A stretch of DNA of 64,000 nucleotides. Origin: Ptychomitrium polyphyllum (Eukaryota). Both the position numbers and the translations under genes were made by a program. Of this stretch, positions 13,655 to 24,100 are shown piece by piece (within the stretch, counting starts at the first letter, position 1; each line of letters begins with the position of its first letter). The notes beneath the pieces are model-generated. The model worked only from the letters and a program-made list of their open reading frames with translations. It was not told the origin of the DNA and did no database searches. The stretch is taken from NCBI GenBank assembly GCA_973851085.1, contig OZ316775.1:13826001-13890000 (forward strand), read 5' to 3'.

Positions 13655-14070
13655 CAATTATGGACTTAGACCATGCAATATAGTATTTAGAATCTTCAAC
13701 AACCTTCTGTTACATTGTAGTAGTTTTTTAGAATATTTTCAATGCTTTCATAACCATTCCAATCTTTAAAAACTTTCATGAAAGGATTTCACTTCTTTGG
13801 AAAACTTCTTAAGAAGGTTTTGTAGATTTTTAGAATATTCTTAAACTTCATAGGAATTTTTTTTAGAAATAGCCTAGAAATTACAAGCGTCATAGTATGA
13901 ACAAGAAGCAAGACAAGGTATACCTTACTCTTGCCAACACATGTTGTGGATCATATTATATAATGCCCTTGTTTTAAGCTTTATATCAATTCTTGATAAT
14001 CATTAGCTTTATACAAGTTAATTTTTGAGAAGTACTTTGTCTCTACTTCTTATATTTTGTGTTCCTAACA
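13655..14070 (+). mobile_element. Degenerate LTR, gypsy family B
   Basis: Ends ttgtgttcctaaca and shares caagcgtcatagtat...agacaaggta...cttgccaacac with the family-B LTR at 46603-47340. The 5' end is eroded. Confidence 0.75.
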
Positions 14071-14576
14071 TGTGCAAGCTTAGAAAGCCATTGATGTTGA
14101 AGAACCAAATTGGAAGATCTAAGGGACAAGTTTTGGATCTTGTCATTTGAATGTAGCAACATCAAAGTCCATCCTAAAGTAGATAAACGGATCAAGCACA
14201 AAATTCTTCAAGCACTTAAGTCACTTCACCAACAAAGACTTCAATACCAACGTGCTACAATTTCTTAATAAAATCCTAATTGCAAAAATCTTAATTCAAA
14301 ATTTTTAACTCATATATCGAGTACTATACATGCATTGAATCACAGTAATTTAGTTTGATTGGAACAATAGATGAAGTAGAAAGGCTATAAGAAATCAATG
14401 AACATCAATCAAAAGTCCATAATTTTGAATTTTGAAAGCAATTAGAGTTCAAGCCCATAAGCAAAAATTACTAAATTTACAAATTTTGCATTATCACTTG
14501 CAAAATTTTCAATTCTAGAAATTGAAAGGGCTAATAACCAAAATAAATTAACAATAAACACTAAATTAAGGCAAGT

Positions 14577-15716
14577 TGTCGCGCACCTCTCCATGAGCAG
14601 TGCCCGCAACACTAAGGGCACAAGGGGGACCCCGGAGTGACGTTCGGAACTTGTGGCGCCAATTGTGAAAGGAACCGAGTGGGCCTAGCGTGGGAAAGAT
14701 CTCAAAGGAGAGAAACATCCTTGTCCATGTAGATCGAGGGCCACAAGGGATAAATCATGGACATTGGAGGAATCACGAAAAACTGATTCTAAAATGCTAA
14801 AGATTGCTCAAATCGGACAAGGGAGCTAAAAGTTATGGCATTCCAAAGTTGGGGTTGCCAAGAGGCTGTTCTGGACTGTGGCAGCCCTACACATTGATTG
14901 TACTGGACTGGGACAGTTTAGGGAAGGACTCCTTGGGAGTCTCAAACCTTGGGTGAGGCGTATCTCCCAGAATACTAACTCAAATCGGACGTTTCAGGAA
15001 TCTATCGGCATCTACGCGAAGAGCAGATGACGAAAAAGTGGTCGCTTAATACATTTGGGCACCGAATGAGGAAAATATGGCTACCAAAAGGTCCGCTTGG
15101 AGTCCCGGAGGCTTCCAGCGGCTAAGTTCCAAGGCACATCAGGTGGTCTTCCAAAACTTTAAGTGTGTCGGGGTTCAGCTAGCTATAGAAGGCTAAGGGG
15201 CCTGCCGAATCCCACAGAGAGTACTATAAGGGAAGGCTGGTCCCCCTCCCCACTCTCCTAGTGTCCCGATAGGAACCAAAGATGAGTCCCAGTTGGTGGA
15301 GCTAGTATTGGGACATCACTACGGGGACTCCCACACCATTGTGAGCCGGTGGACGGCCAGTTTCACAAAGGGAACTAGTGAGATCAAGAAGGCACGCTTG
15401 TTACACTAAGTTAGGGTGGTATTTTCACGCCGGCACCATGATGGCTTCGGGTGATCTTAGAATTACATGGGAATGATGAGTGATAGTGAGGAGACACCAC
15501 TAAGTGTAGGCCGTGTGGAATGGGAGTAACACCAAGTGAGCTCTTGGACATGAATGGAAGTCCGCACCTAATCATTGACTACTAACTAATTGGGTGTCCT
15601 AAGACAAATTATAGAAAGACTTGAAGAGTAGGTATGGGGATTAACCATGTGCATGTAAGGGTGTATAGGGTTGATGCGCATAACGCTTGCTAAAGTGCAT
15701 TACGAGAGATGCGATA
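14577..15716 (+). mobile_element. Solo LTR, gypsy family A
   Basis: TGTCGCGCACC...GCGATA (terminal CA decayed to TA). Perfect 5-bp TSD caagt (14572-14576 / 15717-15721). Colinear with 709-1869 and 41832-42959. Confidence 0.93.
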
Positions 15717-15881
15717 CAAGTTCACGAGCTTCAAAAATACAATGTCTATATCGTATCATTTTGCAGAAAAATAAAACTATGAACAGAAAAAACAACGACG
15801 GATGCAAAACACATTCAAAATCTACCTCGTCCCAAAGAACCACTTGCCATCTTATAAACTCTACCCACAAACACATCAACT

Positions 15882-16396
15882 GCATCCACACATCTCAAAC
15901 TGCAAAAGGTCCAATGGTTTCAAAAAAGTATGTCCTTGATGGCTTCCGCCGTTTCATCCAAGTCTAGTGTTTTGCCTCTTTGCAATAAGTTGGGCTTGCG
16001 GTTGCGCCCATGATACGTGCAATTTGTTGAAAGAAGAACACGTTTGAGCCACATCTCTAACATCAATGCGGGCCTCCCGTCAAGAAGCTTGGAACCAGCA
16101 CAGCATAAGACTGAGGTGCAAAAGATGTGCATATAGAGCAGCAGTGTGGAAGCTCGTGGACAAGGGATTTGCCTGCCGAACCGGTGAGATGTGACATGGA
16201 TAGACACTTGAACGAGGAATTAGGTTTGCCCAAATCGGCACCTTCATCACCACCCTCCGCATTCGCCTCTTATCGCATGTGCGCATGCTTCGTTGCAGAA
16301 CAACTCCAAAATGCATAGCTTGCGGAGTGGCCAAACCCAACTTGAGATGAATGCAAGGAAAGCTAAACGCGATCAAGAGAAACAACACCGTAGCTC
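15882..16396. repeat. Visible part of the right arm of the inverted repeat (partner of 1-515)
   Basis: Reverse complement of window positions 1-515. The true outer limit is unknown because the partner leaves the window. Confidence 0.95.
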
Positions 16397-16689
16397 TACA
16401 AGTCCACTTTGGATTGAATGTCGGGGAATCGGACCGACGACCGAGTTCACCCTCCGGCCAAGGACGTGGGGCGGAAGCGCGAGAGAGATGGTCATCGGGG
16501 CCAAATTCAACATCACGGCCCGGACCGGGCACCTTGGAATGGGTGCCCCAATCAGGCCACCAAACCGGTCACCTTCGGTGGCGACGGCAGTGGGAGGTTC
16601 TCCCTGTGGCAGAGCGTAATTCATTCGTTGGAAATCGAGGAAACAAATGGAGCGAACGCCTAGAAAACAGATAGCGAATTACCACGCTG

Positions 16690-17670
16690 AACCTAGTCAC
16701 GTGAGCACCATAAGCATTGAAGCCCCAAAAGGGGTAGACCACCCTCTGTGCCACGTCAGCAGCCCCGGACCAGAACCAAACGCAGGTCAGAAGAAAGCCC
16801 AGGCCCGCCCTCCCAGAAAGAAGCGGCCCAGGGGGTGACATGGCAAGGAGCCTGATTTTCACGAGAGGGGGGGTTGGGGTTGGGGGGCCGGGGGGCGTTG
16901 GAGAAGCGGGAAGACCGTGCTCGCTGGCTCGCAGGCTCTATGATGAGGCTGGACTGTGGAGTGGGGATAATGGACTGGAAGCGAGCGCAGGCAACGGCCC
17001 TTTGCTGTGAGCCTGGAGCAATAGTACCGCTGCTCGTGCCCACGGAGAGAGCGGAGTAGGTTCGTCGATGGCGGGAGGCGGGTGCAACAATGGTGCTGGG
17101 CGTGGTGGGGTGGCGGTGCTGGTGGGGGTGGGGTGGTAGTTGAATGGTAACTCGCGAGTGATCCGCCAACTAGTAAGTAAGTACCGAGCGGGGAGCGGTA
17201 AGGGCAGGCAGGCCGAGGCGGGCAGAAACGGACGCTGTTTCAGGTGGCTCTCGCGTCGTGAGGGGCTGCCATCGTTATGGCGGGGTCGTGGTGGTGCAGG
17301 GGATCGTTGCCATGGCGGGTCTACTAGGGCAGCCCGGGGCCGGGAGGGCGACCGCGCAGTGGTTGGGTTGGGATGCGCAAGCTGCCCGGGGAGCGTGATC
17401 ACCGCCTCTCGTGCGGACGTGGGGTTCCTCTTGGCGGTGGAGGTGGAGCGCTGGCGTGGATTTGGGAGCATTGGCGGGGGAGGGGAGTTGGGATTCAGGG
17501 TTTGGTGGTGGATGGGGTTTGGTCGGGGGGAGCGTGAGGGGTTCGTGTCGCCTGCGGCGTGGCGTGGAGCGGAGCGGAGCGTCGCAAGCCCTAGGCTCGG
17601 GGAGGGGCGGAGGAGGAGGGGATTTGCTCGTCGTTGAGGATTTTGGTGTTGGTGCCAGTTTAGGGTTAGA
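16690..17670 (+). promoter_or_regulatory. Putative promoter region of the SYS-like gene: G-box/ACGT motifs, site-II-like motifs, G-quadruplex-forming tract, telo-like box
   Basis: cacgtg (~16698), gccacgtca (~16750), aggccc (~16801), G7-TT-G4-TT-G6-CC-G6 (16867-16895) and tttagggtta (~17660). Motif matches only. Confidence 0.4.
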
Positions 17671-18297
17671 GGGACAGGCGGGGGAGCGAGGCGAGCGAGG
17701 GGTTTGTGGCGGAGCCTCACCGCAGCGGCGGTCTGTCTTCTGCAGCGAGACGGTGGTCTCCGTGGCTGGAGCGAGGTTCGCAGTGTTAGGTCGCCGGGCA
17801 GGCTGGCTCAGGGTTTTCTGGCGGAGGGAGGTCGCCAGATCGCCGTGCTGGACCAAGTTTGGGCAGTTCCGTTCGCCCGGTGGGTTTGCAGAATTGGAAG
17901 TAGGCCTGGGGGCGTGCGCGGGCCGGGGCTCCCATCTGTCGGGTGGCGGGAGGGGATTGGTGGCGGTGGGGCAGGGCGTGAGAGCGCCGGATTGAGTCGT
18001 TGCGTCGCAGCCGCAGCTGGTGCGTGGTGGCGCGCGTTTCCTGGAGATGCCGCTTCCAATGATTCCGGCGAATGCCTCCGAACAGTGGCATTTCCCGCCT
18101 CCGCCTTCGGGGGTGACATGCTTCCGACGACAGGGCGTTGACGTGGCCGCGGCCGCGATCGTTGGCGCGGGTTACAGTAGGGAGTAGAGCGTAGGAATGG
18201 CAAGCGAGGTGGTGCTGGAGGATTGACAGGACCAGGAGGACGGAGAATTCTCCCTGCAGGAGGAGGCCGGAGGGCCTCTGCGGGGGCGTCGAAGGCC

Positions 18298-21075
18298 ATG
18301 GAGATCGAGAACGAGTTCATGATGGCCCAGGATGGCTACGCGTCCATCGACTTCACTCTCCTGGATCGGCCGAACAACAAGTACGTGCATTCCATGACGT
18401 AGCTCAGTGGTATATTCAGGGTCACTCGCCACAGCGCGAGCGGGCGAGCCGTGGGTTTATGCTGTGCCGTCCGAGAGTTGCGCGGGGTGCGGCGGGTGGA
18501 CGTGCTTTCGATGTTTTCAGCGGGCTGGTGGCGTGAATTGTGTCGTCGTGATTGCTGTGAAATTAGAACGTGGTGTCCGCGAGTGCATGGTTTTGTGTAG
18601 GGTGATCTCCGAGAGTGCATGCCAGTGTCGAATCCGGTGGGCAGGGGGTCTGTGTCGTTCAGTTTTCAGCTTTTCCGTGCTCTTATCCTCCGCTGTACTC
18701 TGTCCTGTAGCATCGCTTCAGCACCGGAGGCCACGGCGGTCCTGCTTCCAGGTGAGTACGGGACTTCCACACCAAGGCCTCCATCGTTGATGTCATGAAG
18801 TCGACAGGATCGGGTCTGTTTGTCCATTGGTCGCCGTAGTGGCGAACGTTGAAAGCGTCCAGTAGGTTTGATAGCGCCAGCGGAAAGCTGTATGTTGCTG
18901 ACATGCCAATATTGTATGCGGTTGGAAGACGAGCATGCGACGGATGCATCCTTCCCTTCGTTCGACCTCTTAGACGGTTCGGGAGTGGTTGGTTCTTATG
19001 GATATGCAGGCGACGGAGACGACAATCAGGCTCTGGAGCAGTCGAGGTTAGTGGGCGCCATCTCCTGGGGGTCTGAATGGAGGGTTTTTGCAGCTGGTAG
19101 CATAATTGCGTGGAGGCGAGGTGGCAGGGGCCGGAAGGCAGCCGGCATCTCGTTGGGGTTGGGAGCGGGGGGTGTGTCGTCCGAGCAACACGGGGGCAGG
19201 CCCTTAGGGTTTGCAGTGCTCCGTGTTGTCGGTTGGGGCCTGCTCCTGTGGGGCAACCGGTGATCCGTTGCTTTGCACGCGGTTCATTTGGTCGGCCTTT
19301 CATGTGATTTGCGTGGCAGTAGGGGAAGTGCATGGATCCGTGGTTACCAGCATTCACTGTGTGTGTAGCGTGCGCGTGAAGTTGTGTAGTTTGTGTGCTG
19401 GGAAGTCGAGGGGCGGGTCCGAGGAACGGGCGTGGTGCGTAGTGGTGGATAGCTTGGAGGCGAGGTTCGGAATGTGTGGGCGAGTGCTGTCCACAGTTGG
19501 TGTCGGGTGGAGGAGGACATGGGGTAGTTCGGAGAGAGTGCGCGAAGGCAGCTTGGCAGCAACTGACCCTTGCATTCGTTGTCCTCCAGGGATGGTTCCG
19601 AGAAAGAGTTCTACAAGGAGCAAGCGATGCATTCGAGCGCTGAGGTAGTGAATCGGGCGACCCGTGTGCCTTGGATTTGGTTGGCTTGTTGTCATGTGAG
19701 AGGCGCCCAACGGTGCAGCTGGTTGCACGGTTCGTGGGTGGGAGGGCGTTCCCCGTCCCTGCGTGGAGGCTGTGTTGTGTGGGTGTCGGTTCGAGGGGCG
19801 CTGGGGTTGGGGGTGTTTGCGTGACGTGGTAGTGGTACGTGGATGCGTGGTCGTTTGAGCGTGGAGTGTGCAGCGGGCTGAGGTGGTGACGAGTGTGTGT
19901 GCAGAACGGAGTGGGAGGCAGCAACGCGGTGTACGGCGAGTATCAGATCTCTCAACCAGTGCCGAAGCCCGTTTCCAGCGTGGACTTTTTTGCGAAGAAT
20001 CAGGCACCTCAGCAACAGGTGCAGCAGTCGCAGCTGAATTTGTTCGGCAGCAATGGAGGCGAGGAGAACCAGGAGTTCTTCGAGTCGGGTCAGGGGTCTC
20101 AGCAGCCGCCGGTGGCGGGCAGTAGCTGGTGGATGCCCGACAACAGCTGGGCAGCGAGCAACAGCCAGAGGGGTCAGTCGCAGGTGTACAACTGGGCGGC
20201 GATGACCGAAGAGCAGAGGAGGTCGATGCGGTTGAGGATGGGGGTTCCTCAGAGCGGGTCGGAATATCCAGGAGCGATGTATCCCATGGCGCAAGTGGTG
20301 AACAGCGATCCCACCCCCTCGATGTACTCCTTCCTGCCTACGAACAGCCATCAGCTGCACAAGATGCCGCAGCAGGCGGATGCGGGCAGAGTGCAGGCGG
20401 TCCAGAGTTCGTCGGGCGGGAAGAATCCTCAGTACGATTTCCCGGGGCTCTTGAACGGATCTGGATATCAACAGGCCGGAAATGTGGCACAGAACATGAG
20501 TCTGATGGAGCAGCAGCGATACAGAACCATGGTGCAAGAGGCGAACGGCAGAGAGCAGCAAATGCGGATGCAAGAAGCCAGGAATCGTGAGCAGCAGCTT
20601 CGGGAGCAGCAGCAGATGAGGGAGCAGCAGCAGCTTCGGGAGCAGCAGCAGCTTCGGGAGCAGCAGCAGATGAGGGAACAGCAGCAGCTTCGGGAGCAGC
20701 AGCAGATGAGGGAGCAGCAGCAGATGAGGGAGCAGCAGCAGATGAGGGAGCAGCAGCAGATGAGGGAGCAGCAGCAGATTAGGGAACAGCAGATTAGGGA
20801 GCAGCAGCAGCTTCGGGAGCAGCAGCTCCGGATGCAAGAAGCAAGCAGCAGGGAAAAGCAGCTCCGGATGCAAGAAGCGGGCAGCAGAGAGCAGCAGCTG
20901 CGGCTGCAGGGGCAGCAGAACCAGAGCTTCAGCAAGTACGACAGCCAGAACATGGAAGTGTCGCCATTGAAGGTTAGTGACTATGACTTCTTGGGCGGTG
21001 GTGATTACGCAATGAAGGGACAAGGTCAGTCCGAGGCGAGGCAGCAGCTGAACGAAGGCGACGCTCAGCTGTGGA

Positions 21076-21108
<33 letters not shown>

Positions 21109-24100
21109 TGGCAGCGCGGCAGGCGCCTCGGCAGTTCAACGCATACGGCAACAACAGTTATGAGGATATGCATCAGCGTCAGCAAGCTCAGGTGTGCCGC
21201 GCTAGATGGTTGTGCTGAGATGTCGGGAATGATGTGTACTGCGGCGTATACGTTTTCACAGCAGTGAATGCTAGGGATGTTGCGTGTGCATGCAGGAAGT
21301 TCAGGAAACGCTGACGAAGAGATGTGTGTCGTCGGTGAGGAATGCTGTGCTGTGTGCCTTTCGGTGTCGTGAAAGTATTGGCAGGGGACAGACGTCCACC
21401 GAGGCATCGTTCCTTGCAATCTTTCTCAGTACGGAATGCTGTTGCGAGTGCTAGGGAGGGTTGTGGAGTAGCTTAGGACAGCGTTGGTCCCGGTCGTATC
21501 GTTTGTGGTGGGGGAACGGAGGTGGTCGAGCGGGCACCGCCACAGGTGGATCTGCGTGGAAGAGGGTGCTCCGTCCGGGATCCTGCGTTTTATCGTGTTT
21601 GCTGGAGAGTGGTCCGCAGGCGAGCGCGCGGAACCGGGGCTGATGGATGTCGTGGCTGGTCTTGCAGGTGAGGCAGCGTCTGCAGCATCAGGCTCAGCAG
21701 CAGCAGTTGCTGGGCGGAAATCAGAGTCAAGCCTCCGGGAACCAGTTCCAAGCGTTCCTGGGCGAGGGATCGCTACAGGATCTGCCGCAAGTGATGCAGC
21801 AACAGCCGGAGCGTGTGAACTCACCTCAGACGAGCGCAGATGGACACAATCCGTTCGTCCCTCCGAACGTGCAGGCGGTGAACCAGAGCAGCGGCGGAAG
21901 CCTGATGTACAATCCGCAGAACGAGGGCGGGGCGGGCCAGGGTCCCATCAACTACCTCCTGGGGCAGGACAACAGCTTCAGCTGGCATCAGTTGGCGATG
22001 AAGGCCTCAGGGCTGGATCAATCCATGCATGCATCCGCTGCAAACAGCGGCAAGGCAGGCCAGCAGTCGAGCCCGTACGCGAATGCACAGGGTGGGGCGA
22101 TGCCGGGTTTCCTGGGCGGAATGGGCAAGCACCCGGGTGCTGCGGCGCAGATCAACAGGCCGATTCCCCGCAGCCTTGGAGCAGGACCGTCGCCTCTGGC
22201 CGGGATGGAAGGTCGGGCGGACGGTCAAGATCATCAGGCATCGAAGGCGAGGATGTTGTTCGGGCAAGCAATGCAGCAGCAGCAGCAGCAGCAGCAGCCG
22301 CAGCCGTCTCAGGCAGCGAAGCACATGCAAGGGTTTCCCGGCAATTCTCACCAGGGCAACTTCATGGCAGGCAGCAGACAGGCTTTGGAAGAAGCGCACA
22401 GACGGCATCAGCAGAGCCTGAGAGGAAACGCTGCTCAGCAGGACGGGGCTCCTCACGTGAAGCTATTTTCTCAGAGTCTGACCTCCATGGATCCCATCCA
22501 GCAGCAGCAGCGGCTGATGGCAGCGAGCAGAAGCGCCCAGAATCCGCAGTCTCGTCATGCGGGCATTGTCCAGCAACCTGCCGCGAACATGGCGCAAGAG
22601 AGGAACTCCCAGCTGGCGGGTCACCCCGGGCACCATTACCAGCAAGGGGCGCACCAGGCAATCGGGACGTTCTTACAGAATGCCGGCGATAGGAGCCAGC
22701 AGCCGATGTGGAACAACTATGAGATGGAGGCAGATGCGTCGCAGGTGGAGGTTCCAGTGATGTTGCCCGGCAACGGCGGCCTGTTGCTGAAGAGCAGCAG
22801 CTGGTCCGCGGGGAGCGAGGGGCATCCCGTTCCCGAGTCGGACAACTCTCTGGCGTTCGAGAGGTCGAAGATGCAGCCGCAGAGCGTGTGGGGAGTTCAC
22901 AGCGTCCAACCCAGCAACTCGCAGTCGTCGGGCGACATCGGTTCGGGGCAGCAGAATACGCAGAGCGGGTCCGTGGTGCAGCAGGGAACCCCGAAGTCGA
23001 CGGGTGGGCATCCTCTGGGCGGTCAGGCAAACGGTGGAATGATGCACCAGAGTCCGTTACAGCTGGGGGCACCGATGCTGGAGCTGTCGGAGATGGAGGC
23101 GAACGGGAGGCAGCAGGAGTTGCAGAACTCCCAGGAGGAGACGAATTGGCGCAACCACAGCCTGCTGCAGGCGAGCCCTCAACAAGCAGTAGGGGCGCAT
23201 GCTTCTCTGCAGGCATTTACGGAGGTGGATCGTGCGCAGACGAGCTGGAAGAGCTTGTGGCAGAGCGTGCAGAATCCGGGGAGCGCTGGTCAGCTGGGCG
23301 AGGCCGAGAAGGGGCCGCAGAGCGCACTGTGGGGGCAGAACAGTTCTCACGCGGCGGGGCCGCAAGCGGAGTTATCGGAGGGGTCGAAAGCAAGGATGGC
23401 GTTGAATGGCTGGGGCGGCGGGCAACGCGCCATGCAGGCGGATGCGGGCGGGGAGAGCCAAGCAGGCGCGAGGATGGAGCAACAGGTGATGCTGTCGGGG
23501 AGCCCGCAGCCGGGCCAAGGGTTCCAAGATGTGGAAGGACGGCAGCAGGCGAGCAACCAGGGTCCGAGCTTCCAGGAGGCGTTGAGTCAGGCATCGCTGA
23601 GCGACAACGATCCGAGCTCAACGAGCCAGCACGTGGAGCAGAGTCTTCAGAACGTGGGCTCGTTCGCCCAGGCCATGGATAGGGATGGAAACGCCGTGAA
23701 CTCGTCGGACCCCGGGGGCCACAGTTCCAGCAGCAAGGAGGCGATGCGTTATTCGAACTATCCTGCGGAGCATCAGGCGTCGCTGAGCAAAGGCAGCTTG
23801 CAGAATCAGGGGAAGATGAACGCGTGGACGCCTGATACGAGGCAGAGATTCGATGATACAGCGGTTCCAGCGGTGGACAGCAGCGGGCAGCAGGAGGGCA
23901 GAGTGCAGCTGCAGCTGAGCAACCAGCAAGCGGAGAAGAGGTTGTCGTCTCTGATGAACGCAAGGGGCAGCATGGCAGAGGAGTTTGCGGGGGCCCAAGC
24001 GGTGGGAGCGATGAATGCAGCGCCGGGCTATGGGCACCAGAGCAACAACGGAAGGCCCGGTGTGCTGAATGGTGCGGTAGAGGGGTCGATGGGTGGGTGG

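Noticed and set aside
709..15716. A single LTR element that captured the LONRF gene between two family-A LTRs
   Set aside because: Each LTR has its own TSD, the outer flanks differ, there is no PBS after the first LTR, and the gene retains all its introns.
16520..16610. Small hairpins, including an apparent UUCG loop
   Set aside because: The stems are only 5-7 bp in GC-rich DNA, and the register does not give a proper C(UUCG)G-capped stem.
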